The notes under the pieces: model-generated
Database searches by the model: none
Seen by the model: the letters and a program-made list of their open reading frames with translations, nothing else
Told to the model about the DNA's origin: nothing
Program-made: the position numbers and the translations under genes
In this document: piece by piece, positions 25,296 to 39,282 of the stretch
How positions within the stretch are numbered: the first letter of the stretch is position 1
Layout of the letters: every line of letters starts with the position of its first letter
Assembly (NCBI RefSeq): GCF_008831285.2
Contig: NC_045138.2
Coordinates: 16,678,001 to 16,742,000, forward strand
Direction: 5' to 3'
Origin: Nymphaea colorata
Taxonomy: Eukaryota
Length of the DNA: 64,000 bases

Positions 25296-28200
25296 ATGGC
25301 GCCGGAGGGACAGTTAGAAGCAATTAAGGTTCGGTTGGTTTCCTTCATTGCCCCACTTTTCACATTTCTTCTGAGATTTGGGGATTTCTGTTTTGTTCAA
25401 TGTTTTTTTCGTTTTTTTTCTGATTTTAGTTCGTTTTGTTGCTGAAGGGTGCAAAAGTCTTGATGGTTGGTGCTGGAGGCATCGGTTGTGAGCTTCTTAA
25501 GACGGTTGCTCTCTCGGGATTCCGAGATATTCATATAGTAAGCTTCTTTTTTTTCCCTCCCCGATATTTTTCTGGGTAGCTTTTTGTGCTTTCGATTTAG
25601 TGGGTTTTGGGATTTTTTCCGTTCTACTTCTCTTGCGTCTTGAATTTTTAAAGTACGCGTGGTTGAATTTTCATGAGAAGAATGGTGTCCAGCAGTCGGC
25701 GGGTTCATTCTCATGGTTGTTCATGCTTCGTGCTCAGGTGCTGAGAAGAGAGAAATAACATGGGTGACCATGTAATTCTGATTCTCGTAGGAATCTTACT
25801 CTCTATTTTAAAGTGACGGAGGACGTGCACTTATTCTTTTGTTTTTTTTTGTTTTTTGGTTTTAAAGCTTGTCTTTTTGCAGATTGATATGGACACCATC
25901 GAAGTGAGTAACTTGAACCGACAGTTTCTGTTCCGCAAATGGCATGTGGGTCAGTCCAAGGCTAAAGTAAGTCTCTGATTTTACTGTCACTGACTAAACT
26001 AATACGCGTTCTTCTTATTCTCTTCTTAATCTTGGCATGCTGAATAATGCTCTTTCTTGTCTTGAAAAGGTCGCGAGAGAAGCGGTTTTGAAATTCAAGC
26101 CTGACATAAGTATTACAGCATATCATGCTAATGTCAAGGATCCAGAGTTCAATGTGGATTTCTTCAAGCAGTTTAATGTAGTTTTGAATGGTCTAGACAA
26201 CTTAGATGCTCGTCGACATGTTAACCGACTCTGTTTGGCTGCTGATATCCCTTTGGTTGAAAGTGGAACAACGGGGTTTCTAGGACAGGTGATGGACTGT
26301 TTATCTAGTCTCTTGGTTTTCAGTTCCTACATCTGTAACTGAGATTATGGTTTTCATTGGCACATGTTTTTTAATCTTCATTCTTCTTTGCGACCTATGT
26401 TGATCCGTTCCCTCAGTTGCACATGCTGGGTGTGCTCATCCAAAATTGGATGTTTTATCTTTTTCCTTTTCTTTTTGTCATCACATGTAGCATAATGAGC
26501 GGAAAAATGTGCATGGTAGAGACTTATGGCAATCTGAGGAAAAAAAGGGACAAGATTATTGCATGTAGCTTTTAATGTTTCGCATAGATTTGTGGTTCAT
26601 ATTGCAACAAGTTCAGAGTTGCTCATGCAACCTGAGAGCTTCCCAGCAATAATTTCCATGGTTCCTCTGCATTAACGGTATCTTAGGATCTTTTCTAGCA
26701 ATCAGTCTATTTGGTTTGCAGGTTATTTAAAGTTTAAACTATGGTAAATCTTGAATCTTGATACATTTCAAATGATAACATGATTAGAAATTAATCTATA
26801 CCCAAGGGCATGCATCCATGTGTAGTAATACCCAGAACGTTTTAGGCACTTCCAGCTAGCAGAAAGGTCAAAATATTACTGTTAAATTATCATTGTGTTG
26901 CGCATGAACTGGGTCAAGTAGTTGGTTATATCCTATCTAGCTCCATTTATGCATGTTCGATTTCCATTATAATTGAAAGTTCTACAGGTTACACGTAGGT
27001 GCTTTTGCCAGTGTCTTGTTCTTTTCTTCATGATTATGTTAAGGTTCTTTGTGTTACTCTTTTCCCAAGTACATCCTGTTAGTACCTTGAGGCATCCTTG
27101 ATATGTAAGTCCTTTAATTTATGTTGGGACTTGTGCAAGGTAAAATCGGCTTTACATGGTGACCTGGGTAGGTAAATATCCACAACAACTTCATTCCGAA
27201 AGACTAGCCAGGTCTTACAAATTTATTCTGTGGTACCAGTTGGTGATATTGCATTTCTCGTTTTAGCTGCATTAAGTTTGCTTGCTTTTATTATTGTGCG
27301 TGGCAACCTGTAGAAGTGTTTTTGCTGCCTGATTTTTTATGATATGTTCTTCTGCTTAAGGTTTTTGCATGACATTCATACTCAAGCAGTGCTAGTTGCT
27401 GCAATTTATGTATAGGCTTGCATGTCTGTTGCATGTACAGAAACTGGCAGTCCAAATCATAATTTTAGATTGCTCTGTACACGGATATTATATGCTTGAC
27501 TCTTTTGCATGGAACAAATTTTGGTTAGCTGATGGTGGATCTAAATCTTTGTGTGTTCTTTTTGTCTCACGTTCAAGTAAGCAGGTCACTGTTCATGTGA
27601 AGGGGAGAACAGAGTGCTATGAATGCCAACCAAAACCTACCCCAAAATCCTATCCTGTTTGCACGATCACTAGCACTCCATCAAAGGTGATTAATCTTTC
27701 TGATCTCTGTGGTGGTCTGGAGAAAAAAGTTAATTTGCTTGCTCCATTATGCAAATTGTGATAACTGAATAATAAATAATGGAAATGCATAGACATGAAC
27801 AGTTAGATTTTTTTTTTTCACAAGGTGAAGTCAGCAGTTGCAAAAATAATTATTTTTCATTTTTTATGGTAAAAAAGCATTTACTATGCTTTTATGTGCT
27901 TTCTTGAACCTTGGGATATGGAATAATGGAACACTAAAATTAACATGAGCAGATAATATAGGAATTTTTTTACTGAAAAGTCGTGAGCCTAGGGGCATTT
28001 CATCTATCTGCTCTGATGCTAAAAAAGAAATTCCATTCAGAAAGATATTCGATGATATTTGTGGAAAAGGAAGATCACATTGGGCGTAGTGGGTTGCTCT
28101 TGCATTCAGGTGTTTTCTCCATTTTCCCCCGTTTTGTTTGTGGCATAGCATAAAGATTTATCTATATCTGTTGACGACTTGACGTAATTCCATGATTTAT

Positions 28201-31200
28201 GAAGACTATGTAAAAAATAGACTTCTTTTTCTATAACAGCACAATATAGCTCTTTACATGTGTTTTATTAGGATCTGATATCATATTATTGTATTAAAAC
28301 ATCAGTAGTAAGTGCTCTGGGGTTGCCTATCCCAGTCATAGATATCGTGATATTTTCAGAAATATCACAATAATTAAATAAAAAAAGAAAACAAAAAAAT
28401 GCAAAAATCACGTTTTTTGGAAGAGAACATGTAAAAATAAATTTATCACATTTTTTTGCTTTTTCTTTTTTAAAATTAATATTATTAAAAACTTAAAACT
28501 GAATTTTTATCGTCATTCAAAGCATCATCTTTATTATTTTATCTAGTTTTTTATGTCATTTCATTAATTTCTCATTTATTTTATTTTTACCTAACTTTTA
28601 GAATGTTTTTCATTTTTTACAAGATCTGCTGACATTTTCCCAAGAAAACCAATTTTGCCAAAGGAAAATCTGAGAAAAACCTGGCCATTAAAAGCCCAAG
28701 AAAATTATTTGTACCATGTCCTATTCCTTCCTTTAAAAGCAGCAGACCATGTATTGACTATAGAAATGATTGCCACCCTATCCTCAGATAGACTCAACAT
28801 AATTTTCTTGTTATAAACCGTTTTCGATCCATCAAATTGGATGCAATGCGAGCTGTTTTTTTTTTTTTTTTTAAGTTTCCAGTTTTCATTTTTACGTCTC
28901 CAGATGATGCGCTTCGGAGGTTCTTATTTGTTACATGAATGATGTAGATAACATCCAACAAATTATTGTGGTCATTTGATGAATTGAACTAATGGTTTTA
29001 GACTTTTAGGGCTGGGAATATTACAAATGAATAGTGTGGTGTTTTTGGTGCACTCTCTCCCTATTTACAAGCCTTAGATCAATCGAGATCCTACAAGGAT
29101 CAAGTTCAAACTTCAAAGTACGTGCAAGCTTTCTATTGTTATACATCTTAAATGACATAATAGTTCGTTCATTCTTCTTTCAAGCATGCATAGGCAAAAC
29201 AAAATTGTTTCAGAAAATTTGTTTCTCGTTCATACTTACTACTTGAGACTGTTTGTATGTTTAACTCTACATCTCATCTATTGGAACTTGACAAATTCAA
29301 AAGTTGCAATCAGGGACTGGGTGCATTGGAAGAACACTCTCATTTTTAATGCATGTGTTTATTTGTGGGTGCATGCGTACCTTGCACTTATTTTAATGCA
29401 TTGCTTAAAGGAATGGGTGCATTGGAAGAAAATTGTCATTGCTAATTTATGTATTTATTTGTGTGTGGATGCATACAATGCATTTCTGTTAATGCATAGC
29501 TTTAGGTTGGCTCTAATTTAATGTTTTGGGCCATTTAAAAACTTTATTTTTGCAGATCAAATGTTAAAGTCTTATTTGGTGTTGCAGTTTGTGCACTGTA
29601 TTGTATGGGCAAAAGATCTGCTGTTTGCGAAGCTTTTTGGGGACAAAAACCAAGACAATGATCTTAACATACACTCTACCGATGCTACGAACCCATCAAA
29701 TAATGTTGAAGACGTATTTGAATACAAAGCAGATGAAGATTCTGACCAATATGGTCGGAGAATATATGATCATGTCTTTGGGTATAATATTGATCTGGCT
29801 CTTGCTAATGAGGAGACTTGGAAAAATAGGAGAAAGCCAACTCCACTGTATCTCAAGGATGTTATGCCAAAACAGCTTGCTAAAGAGAATGGGAAGTTGG
29901 ACAAACAAAAACTTGCCGATTCTGTAGCTGTCTCTGCAATGTCTTCCTTGGGATTGAAGAACCCACAGGATATTTGGAACCTTGAAGAGAATACTAAAAT
30001 CTTCCTGGAGGCCATGAAGCTGTTCATTGAGGGAAGAGAGAAGGTATTGTCATAGTTGTTGGCGTTGCTAAACTTGATACCTGTATTGCAGTTGTTGCTC
30101 TTATGGTCCCTTGTTCTGCATGTTTAACCACCACTAAAGTCCTTTTCTGTTTCCAGGATATTGGGAATTTGACTTTTGATAAGGATGACCAATTATCTGT
30201 AGAATTCGTTACGGCTGCCGCAAATATAAGGGCTTCTTCTTTTGGAATCCCAATGCACAGTCTTTTTGAGGCAAAAGGAATTGCTGGTAATATTGTGCAT
30301 GCAATTGCAACAACAAATGCTATTATTGCTGGACTAATAGTCCTTGAAGCTATCAAAGTGCTCCAGAATGATGCAGAAAACTATAGGTTGCCTCCTCACT
30401 TTTATTTGCATATGCTTTCCAAACATGGCGGTGTAGTATTGGAGGTTTCTATTTCCTACCTTCATGAAAAAACACTAACAAATAAATGCAAAATTGTAGA
30501 CCATCATTTGGGGTGCATTCATAATCAGTGGGTTCCAGATGGAGGAAATTTTAGGATTTAGTTATTTCAAAAACATGCAAATTTTTAGGTCCTCATCAAA
30601 TCCCTTTGCAAGAAATGTATGTGTGAACTGAAGAGTATAGCTGTAGAATGTGTCCTCTTTACTTCATCATAGCAATTGTCTGTCCCAAAATCCAAATGGA
30701 GGTTGTGTAAACAAATAAAAACATATTCCTGAGCTTAATGCATGAAAATAATGAGGGATTGGCTCGAGTAGAAAGACCTTTGTTCAAATTTTGGATCTTC
30801 TTGTGTTCTGTTTATTGTAGTAGCAATCTTGATACTAAAGAGTGATTTAATTTGTAAGTACTGTAAAAGATAAAGTATTTGATTTCGTCTTTAGTCACAA
30901 AAAGCGCATTTTTTTTTTTAAAAACGCAATAAATTAAATTGCTGTTTAAAACTTAAAAAAAACGTGTTAAAAACACGTTTTTTTTGCGGTTTTTCCTTTT
31001 TTTCAATTTTTTAATTTTTTTAATGCCAAACAGTTTTTGTTTTTCATTTTCTATTTTTTATTTGTTGTAAATTTACTTATCTTTTGATGTTTGTGTTATT
31101 AGTTTTTCACTTATTTTTCCCCCCATTTTTAGTTTTTTTTTTTTTTTTAAAATTTACCGTATTTTTCCCTTTTTTTCAAGGTCACCATATTATACCTGAG

Positions 31201-33708
31201 AAAAACCTTGCCATTTAAAACTCCGAAACGTTATTTGTAACTATGTTTAGAAGAAGCTCCGGCGAACATTTATATTAAGGTTACAGTCCATTTTCTTTGT
31301 GGAAATATAATGGATCCTGACATGTTACTGAATTATTTAATAGACGTTTGTAAGAAAACCTTGTGACAATCTTGTCCCACCATTTTTGGTGGTTCTGCTG
31401 ATCATTCCAAACCGTCCCACCAAACTCACATTAAATATCCCAGCGTGCATGACTGAACTGCTTATGTCTTGACTCTTGCTTGTGACACATTATCATCGAT
31501 ATCGTACACTATTGATCTTTTGTAGATTGTTTACGTGTAGGATTGACTTTTCTCAGTGACTCTGTATTGCCGAGTATTTTGGTGGACGTCTCTAAGACTG
31601 CTTATTTTTATTTGCCATTAAATCTTATTAGCTGTTAAGACAACTTTTAAACTTTTACCGCTCCTGATCTGCTCCCGCAATATGTGCAGAATGACTTATT
31701 GCTTGGAACATCCATCAAGGAAGATGCTTCTAATGCCAGTTGAGCCATTTGAGCCTAACAAATCTTGCTATGTGTGTTCTGAGGTGACCTCTTAACTAGT
31801 TTCTGATCCTTTTATGTTGTGCCTTAGTGAATATGCTAAATGGGCAAACATCTGATACTTGTTTGAAACTAGAATCCTTTGTCGCTCGAGGTCAATACTT
31901 TAACTACAAAGCTTAAGGATGTCGTAGAGAAAATTGTGAGAAGCAAACTTGGAATGAATTCACCAATGATAATGCTTGGTGCATCCCTTATTTTTGAAGT
32001 TGGTGATGATCTTGATGAAGATGAGGCTGCTAATTATGCTTCAAACCTTGAAAAGGTGAATAATTGGTGTCTTCGTTGCTTAGTTTCCAGTTTTTTAAAT
32101 TTTCATCTCCGCGAACTTCATAGAGGTTGGTTTCCTTCAGGTCTTGGCTAAACTTCCAACTCCAGTAACTAGTGGCACAATGCTCAAAGTTGAGGATCTT
32201 CAACAAGAATTGTCATGCAACATCAATATCAAGCACAGGTTTCTTTTCATTTGCTTCTTTTGGGATGATATTAACTTATCTCTGTCAGGTTGACCTTGTT
32301 GTTGGGACTTGTTTCATATAGAGATTTTCACTTTTGTTTCATCTATAATTTTTATTATGAAGTATTTTCATTACCCTCTTTGCATTGCCATTTCGAGTGG
32401 CAATTGTGTTCACAGTACTTGCTGCTTTTATGTGTAACATTAGAATGTGCAAATGTGAAATTTGGGAAAAATAAGGTGTTAGATAGTGTATAGCAGTGTC
32501 ACAAATATCACCGTTTTTTCTCCAAAAAAGTGAAAAAATGGGAACATAGATAAAAACAAGTACGTTAAAAAATATTATGATATTGTGAAGAAAACATCAA
32601 CATTAAGATGCTGTCTTTTCCATTTTTTTTTTCAGAAAGATGTTTTGTAATGTACTTTGAATTTATTGAGGTTTATTTAACATTTTAAAATATAAAATAA
32701 ATATTATGGTTTTTTGTCGATGCTTTTGAAAGAGCTTTTGTAGAAAAACTTCAATCTCAACAGAGTTTCTATTGATATTTTTAATTTTTTAGTTCTTGAG
32801 ATTTCTCTGTGAAAAGCACGTTTCCTGATTTATACCTTACGAAAACCTCACTAGCAAAAACCTGAGGTCAATTTTTATGACAGTGATATATGTCGGAAAT
32901 TTTTGATGTACTGGTTATATCATTTCAAGGAGGGGGCGACAACTTGCATCTGAGGTGCTTTTAGTATGGCTCTACGTTCAATTATTCACAATGTTGCTCG
33001 CGTAGTTTACAGTTTACACATTTTACCCCTTACATTCGTTCAAATTGCAATTTCATAAATCATTATTATTTGCACAGGCATCATACACATGCTTTTTCTG
33101 TTTTGCCTGATGTTTCTGATGAAATATTCCGGTGCATCTCTCTTAATTATTGAACATATATCAATTAGTGGGATCTCGTGCCTTTTTGGAGGTTTTGATT
33201 TCTGCTTTAAACCAGTTTTGCTGTTTATTACATGGGGAAAATTTCCTTCAATTTTAAAGGAAATTAGGTTGTGATATTGCAAATTGTGATTTGCCTTCAT
33301 GTTCTTTGTGCAATTAACTATGTTAGGGATGAATTTGATGAGGAGAAGGAACCTGACGGGATGGTTCTCTCCGGATGGATACAACCAAGCGAGCGGCAAA
33401 CCCAGACCACCAACAATGGAGAAGCGACATCAAATGCTCCAGCAAGCACATCATCTCCTGATGATTCTGATGACCTTGAAATACTCGATACTGAGCCAAT
33501 TACACTCAGCGGTAATAAGAGAAAGGTGGCTGAAATATCAATGACAGGAGACTCTGGTCCTTTCAAGAAGTCGTCTGCTACAACTAACTCAATTGTTGTT
33601 GATATCGAAAATGAGAATGGGCAGCCTGCTTTAGATGCTGCCGATGATGATGTAGTCGTTATGGTTCATGACGAGTCTGTCCATAGAAAGAAGGCAAGGT
33701 CACAATAG
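25296..33708 (+). CDS. SAE2: SUMO-activating enzyme E1 subunit 2 (UBA2), about 656 aa, 11 exons
   Basis: Exons 25296-25328, 25448-25537, 25883-25966, 26070-26288, 27585-27686, 29588-30043, 30157-30386, 31690-31783, 31873-32055, 32141-32238, 33327-33708. Motifs [38 protein letters not shown], Zn pairs CYEC/CYVC, catalytic [24 protein letters not shown]-terminal basic RKKAR. Confidence 0.96.
28337..28718. mobile_element. AT-rich MITE-like element, copy A of 3 in SAE2 introns
   Basis: A-rich left half and T-rich right half; 3' end ctgagaaaaacctggccattaaaa...tgtaccatg matches copy B. Confidence 0.5.
29315..29506. repeat. Diverged 96-bp tandem duplication in SAE2 intron 5
   Basis: Units start at 29315 and 29411: ga(c/a)tgggtgcattggaagaa...tttatttgtg...ttaatgcat. 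Confidence 0.85.
30890..31245. mobile_element. AT-rich MITE-like element, copy B
   Basis: Inverted ends ttagtcacaaa / tttgtaactatg and shared ctgagaaaaaccttgccatttaaaa motif. Confidence 0.5.
32494..32885. mobile_element. AT-rich MITE-like element, copy C
   Basis: TIR-like ends cagtgtcacaaa / tttatgacagtg (10/12) and the same A-rich then T-rich organisation. Confidence 0.5.
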
Positions 33709-33785
33709 TTTCTTACTACATTCCTGGTTGTGGGCGCTGCCCACTATTTTTTGTAATATGCCTGTAAAATCTAGTTCTTATTCAC

Positions 33786-33822
<37 letters not shown>

Positions 33823-35160
33823 TTCCGTTAAACCTGTACCATAGTTGACAAGATGCTGATTTTGTTGTCAATTTATTTTCTTGGAATGGCGGATGCCATA
33901 GTAACTTAATTCTCATTGTATCTGTTAGCGCCACAAATGGCTTTAGTGGGGACTTGTAACCAGGATGGAATGTAATCCCTTATTTTGATCAAATACTTCC
34001 TGACGTTATATAGAAATGCCTTAACTTTTCTCTGTGGCACTTGTTTCTCAGATCTGTTGATATTACTGTGATTTTAGTGAGATGGTCTTTAATTTATTCT
34101 GGACAGGCTTCTCTTTTCGTTCTTCACTATATTTTAACAAGATAGGCAAACTTCTCATTTGTCCTTGATTATATTTGACTTTTCTGATTTGAGATGGAAT
34201 TACGCTAGAAACTGAACAATTGGCGCTTGGATCTGTTAGTTCAAAAGCTTGCTTCGTCTTGGTCTGCCGGTCATGTTGAACCTAGTTGACCTTCGTTCCT
34301 CTAGGCGTTACGATCCCGAACCCGATATGCCTTGTGCAAGCTTTTGTTCTATAGATGTAAACAAGCGATTGATTTGTCTTCGTATGGATATGTTTAGTAT
34401 AATTTATTTTATTTGTATACCAGGTTAATCACTTCATATGCACTGTTTGATTCACATTTTAATTCATTGAAAAAATTAATAGGAAACAAATTCATAGTTG
34501 TGGGGTATTTCTACATGGTGCAGAAAAACATTAAGATTAAGCCTTCTTAGTGCATGAAAACAGCAAATGGATCACATTAGGGTTGCGGATTTCTTTCAAG
34601 TTTCGGTGCTACCATATCATAATGTTAGCCTCTCTCGCTCTACGTATACCTGTTCTGCGGGCTAGAGCTGAACTTGTGTTTTATGATTCATTCTGATATC
34701 AATGTCCGTGTTCTTAATAATGTTGTTAGCTCTCTCATGTATTGAGTTGGGATGGCCATTTGTCTTTCTCTCTCGTTGTAGATATAATATAGCATGGTTG
34801 CGTTATTTTGAACAACAAAAAGTGCTTGCTTTCGGAAGCGGATTCTTTAGCTATTCTCCATCTCAACTGAGAAACAATCAGAGTCAGCAAGAAATAAAGT
34901 TGCAGAAGTAGATCTTCGATGTAACCTTTCTGGGGAATAGGTCCCCTTCTGTAGAGGCAAATCTGTACAAGAAAATTTTAACCAAATTACTTCTTGTATG
35001 CAGAATCAAAATCTGTGATCAAATTCCTCGCCTCCTGTAGTGTGTGCATCTCCGCAGCTTCCAGATTGAGATACGAACAATTGTTAATAATCACATTACT
35101 CCGTGACCAGCGCTTGAAAATTCCGCTGGTGCACAAAATAATCAGGTTTCTTCAATCAAT

Positions 35161-35615
35161 CTACACGCCGACGCAAGGCCTGCAAGGGGTGCTCAACACC
35201 AGCCTGCAAGCAGGAGGAGGCAGGAAGAGGCTCTCATTGCTGCTGTATTTCTTCCTCCTCTTTGCACAACGATACTCAGGCTTCTCAAGGTCCTCAACAC
35301 AATTAACGTCAGAAATGCACGAAAAGGACTGCGATCTACCCGAAAAATACTTGGAAAGCCCTCTTCTGCACAAAATCAAGGATGCCCATAATCAGAATCA
35401 CAATCATGATCATAAAAAAAAATCACCCACCGACACAACTCACGTCCAAACCAAGACCACCAAGAAACAGAAAAAGAAGAAAAGTATCGGCGCCATCAAT
35501 TCTTACTTGCGGGGAAGGAAGGTCCTGAGTGAGCTCATGTCGAGGGCATCGGACTCCCCCCATGATCATCTTCATGATCAATCTGCAGGTGGTCTGCATG
35601 CGTCTCAGCGGCCAT
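35161..35615 (-). CDS. OXIDATIVE STRESS 3 (OXS3)-family small protein, 2 exons, frameshifted at a G6 run as assembled
   Basis: Exon 1 ends at 35507 (AA|GTAAG) and exon 2 is 35365-35161 (TGCAG|). Spliced product MSSLRTFLPRKRGLSKYFSGRSQSFSCISDVNCVEDLEKPEYRCAKRRKKY carries the family signature LPxKRGLSKxxxGxSQSF...VEDLxKPE plus a basic NLS-like tract. 78 aa from ATG 35538, or 104 aa from ATG 35615 if one G is added. Confidence 0.82.
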
Positions 35616-36399
35616 GGAGGTGGGAAAGGAATCGTATCTGTCCGTCCTGCTCTGAATGTTGGAAACTAGGAATACGGAAGCAGAGGTTGAGGAGAGAGTT
35701 CTTAAAGCTTGGGGATCAACCCGACGGTCGAGAATCGAGGAGCTTTGGATAGGAACACACACGTCACAGGGATGTAGGCGAGCCGTGTTGGGGGATCAAG
35801 ATTTGTGGGTGGAGTTGTTTTCCAGCCTCAAGATTATCGAAAAGGACATGCCGTGGCTTCCATCCACATCCTCACCTAAACCTGCTCCGGCTCACTAGGT
35901 CAGCCTCTTCCAGATAGTCTCGGTTTTCGTATTGATTCGGTTTATCGACACGTATCGGTCAGAGATTTTTTTTTTTTAAAAAAAATTCTTACGCTTTAAA
36001 ACATAATTATTAAATATCTCAAACTATTTAATCCTTAAATATAAATAATATCGTAAGATCTGGATCGGACGGGAATATGTGGGCTCGTAACCGAGACGGT
36101 GCGTATGCATCATCGGCACCGATATTTTTTTTTCACGTTCTTTTTGTGATATTTATCCTGAAACCGTTGCGGTCAATCAGGAACCAGGAGAATTTGCTGA
36201 GATCGCCATCGATTTGGTCTAAAAGAGAGGAGGGCCGTTAATCTGATCTACACTAAATGGCTTTTTCTTATCCATTCTTAGATGAACTCTGATAATCCAT
36301 AATAGAGTTGGGGGTTGAAAGGGGAATTGATTTGCAATTCTGCCTTGTTTGAGTAAGTCGGCTGGAGGAATATTTCATCTTTAAAGAATGTTTAACAGA

Positions 36400-36619
36400 C
36401 TCGTGTAGGCAACTGCCCACACCAGTCACCATGTGGCTATGCCATTGCGGTCGTAGAGTCCGAAATTAATTTTTGGTTGAAGGACACTAATGCAGCTTTA
36501 AATTTTAACCAATATGTAAATAAGTAAATCTCTAAATATGTATTAATATACAAATAAGAGATTTCTGTAGGATTGTATGGGCAATTGCCCACACAAGCCT
36601 ACATGTACCTCCACTGCTG
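36400..36619. mobile_element. Two tandem fragments of the GGCAxTTGCCCACAC MITE family
   Basis: ggcaactgcccacaccag...catgtggctatgccattg and gggcaattgcccacacaagcctacatgt; same motif near 18485-18525, 39310 and 39635. Confidence 0.55.
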
Positions 36620-37145
36620 TAGCAGGGACAAAAAGACTTTGGAACCACTTACTATGTGTTCTGGTGTCCTAGAGGAGATGTTAAAACCAAGAGAATCTTT
36701 GTAATAAACTTTGAAGAAATTCTTTTCCATGAAAAAAAAAGTCTAATTGCACTTATAATTCTTGTGAAGAAAAAGAAATGTGCAGAAAAATGTGCGTGGT
36801 CTTCCATTTATGGCAGACCACTTTTCTGATACAGTACTGTATGCAAAAACAGTAGACAAATCTTGGGCACCCACACTAATAAGGATATTAGGTCCTAAAT
36901 GGTACCGTTTCTTTGTCATTTTTTAGGGAAATTCCCCATAGAAATGACGAAATATTATTTAGAAAATTCAGATGCTAATTATTTATATAATATAAAAGGA
37001 AATTATAGATTCAGCAATATTGCTTTCATGTATATACATTTTTATTAGTCACCTAATTCAAATTCAAACTTAAATTCAGATCACATGGGGAGTCAGATTA
37101 TGGAACAATAATATGAATTTATCTTAATTTTTGAACAGATTCATG

Positions 37146-37215
37146 AGACACTCACAAATTATTTCTACTCTCAAACTTGTTTTTGAGAGACACTCACAAA
37201 TTATTTCTACTCTCA
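37146..37215. repeat. Tandem duplication with a 40-bp period
   Basis: gagacactcacaaattatttctactctcaa occurs twice. Confidence 0.9.
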
Positions 37216-37667
37216 ACCAACCTTGTAAGGGATGCACAACTGCCTCTCACCCAAAATTTCAGGCTATATTAGATCTTAGGTCCTTAATTTCTTTTTTATT
37301 TGAAAGTTGCATTGGTTACACCATAATTTTGCAACCTTTTCAACCTAAAATTCATCCACCCCACCTTTTCCCAAACTTGAGATCCATGAACTCGAGATAT
37401 AAAATCTTAAATCCATGTTTCTCAAATCTAAATGGTCCCCTATGATAATCAAGCACTTCTTGATTTATTTATATCTTGTCAATATATTATTGAGGGTCCG
37501 GATGGGTCCACGTGCGTCACTAAAAAAAAAAAAATTGGCCCAAAATTTCCAAAAGCGTCAAGATCACATCAACATGACCTGTTTCCACATAGGAAAATGG
37601 ATTTGTGGCCCTTGATGTCCTTAAGTTTAAAAAAAAAAAAAAAAATTAGAGTCACTATACATATGCC

Positions 37668-37702
<35 letters not shown>

Positions 37703-39282
37703 GAGGAGAGAGAATAATCCAAATTCACGCTTAATTGTCATAGGCAACCTAAAACAACATGTGGCTCCAAAGGAAGTCCACTTGGTATTGGTCCCAAGAA
37801 GAAAAGCAAAAGAATCAGCACAGCGTAATGTGGCTCAACCTCAATCATATAAATCCCTTCATCAGCACATTGGAATAATCCTTTGACATTATTGTGTTCT
37901 TCCTTGAAGATGCATCAAGGACACCTTGATAGTGTCACGCCAAATCCTCCCAAACACGGCCCCGAGTCCAGACCCGATTAAGAAAAACTCAAAATATTTA
38001 ATTATAATTTGATTTTGGAGAATTTTGACTGTAAACCATGATCTGGACCTAGAAGCTGGATATTAGATCATTTTATTTAGGATGTATAGACACAAGGGCC
38101 CCAAAAAAAATGAACGGCTTAAAATTTCTGATTCTTTATAAGTTATAAATTTTTACCCAAATGCCTAAATTAAAAAAATATATATACAAGCTATCTGCTT
38201 AGTTGGGGCGCATGAATTTTCGTGGTTCAAAACCGATAAATGGGTCGCAGATCAATATGGTTGGATTATAATCAAACCTTATTAATCTCCTATCTATATT
38301 TATTTACCGAGTTTTTGAACCATATATGCATCTACGGTTGGAACTTAAAAAATAAAAAACAGCTTTTGGGATGAAATTGCAAAAAACTGACACAGATAAA
38401 GACATGCATGTGAGGCTGCAAAGAAGAAGAAAATTTCGAATAATAGAGAGTATAATTCGTGTTCTTTTTGCTTGATCCCTGGCGTCTGCTTCCTCAAGGC
38501 ATCTCCATTATTGTCACTGCTTTTGCAGGAGTGCACCGTGCGTCAGACTTGACAATGAAAATTTCTCTCTTCTTTTTTTATTTTTGGCAGAAAAATTGAA
38601 AAAAAAAGTTTTTTTAATGGGCAAAAAATAAAATAAATCTAACAGATATAGACAAATATTCAACATCTCCTCTTCTCTATTCTTAGAAGTAACATATGTG
38701 TCTGTTGAGATCCTTAATGATCCACAAAATCAAATTAAAAAAAAATTAGGCTTCAATGGAGAAGATTATGAAATTAGTTGGTAGCCTATTTATTATATGA
38801 AAAACATCACAAGCATGGAAAAATATTTTGGTGCTTCTTTGGTCCCTACTATGATTACAACCAGGCAATTAGGTACTGGATCCTGATACGGACCCAATTA
38901 ATCTTGGATTTCACTGTCCAACTAAGAATACAGAGAATCCATATCCATATCATATTCCATCATAGGATTCAATTTAAATGAAATATACCGAACAAAGCTG
39001 TTGGTTATGTAAGCATTCGCATATTTTTTCAATGGCTAGAGTAATGCTCAGATAGATAGCACCTCTGATTTCCACTTGAGGAAAGAACATAGTGACGCCG
39101 CCATCTTCACACTGTGGCCCACGCAGCAATTGGAATGAGATGCTTTTGCACCATATTCGTTTTGGAAGCTCAACTACTCTGTATGTGTGTGTGTGTTGGC
39201 AAATGTGCATGAATGCATGCAAAATACATTGTGGTAGTTTGTGTGAGCACACGCTTGCATGCACATAGGAACATGTGTGTGT

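Noticed and set aside
34994..35752. 252-aa plus-strand ORF
   Set aside because: Antisense to the OXS3-like gene, non-ATG start, reads through its intron as poly-Lys, no recognisable domain.
37933..38350. TGTCACGCC start resembling an LTR 5' end
   Set aside because: No matching second LTR, TSD, primer-binding site or retroelement coding sequence found.
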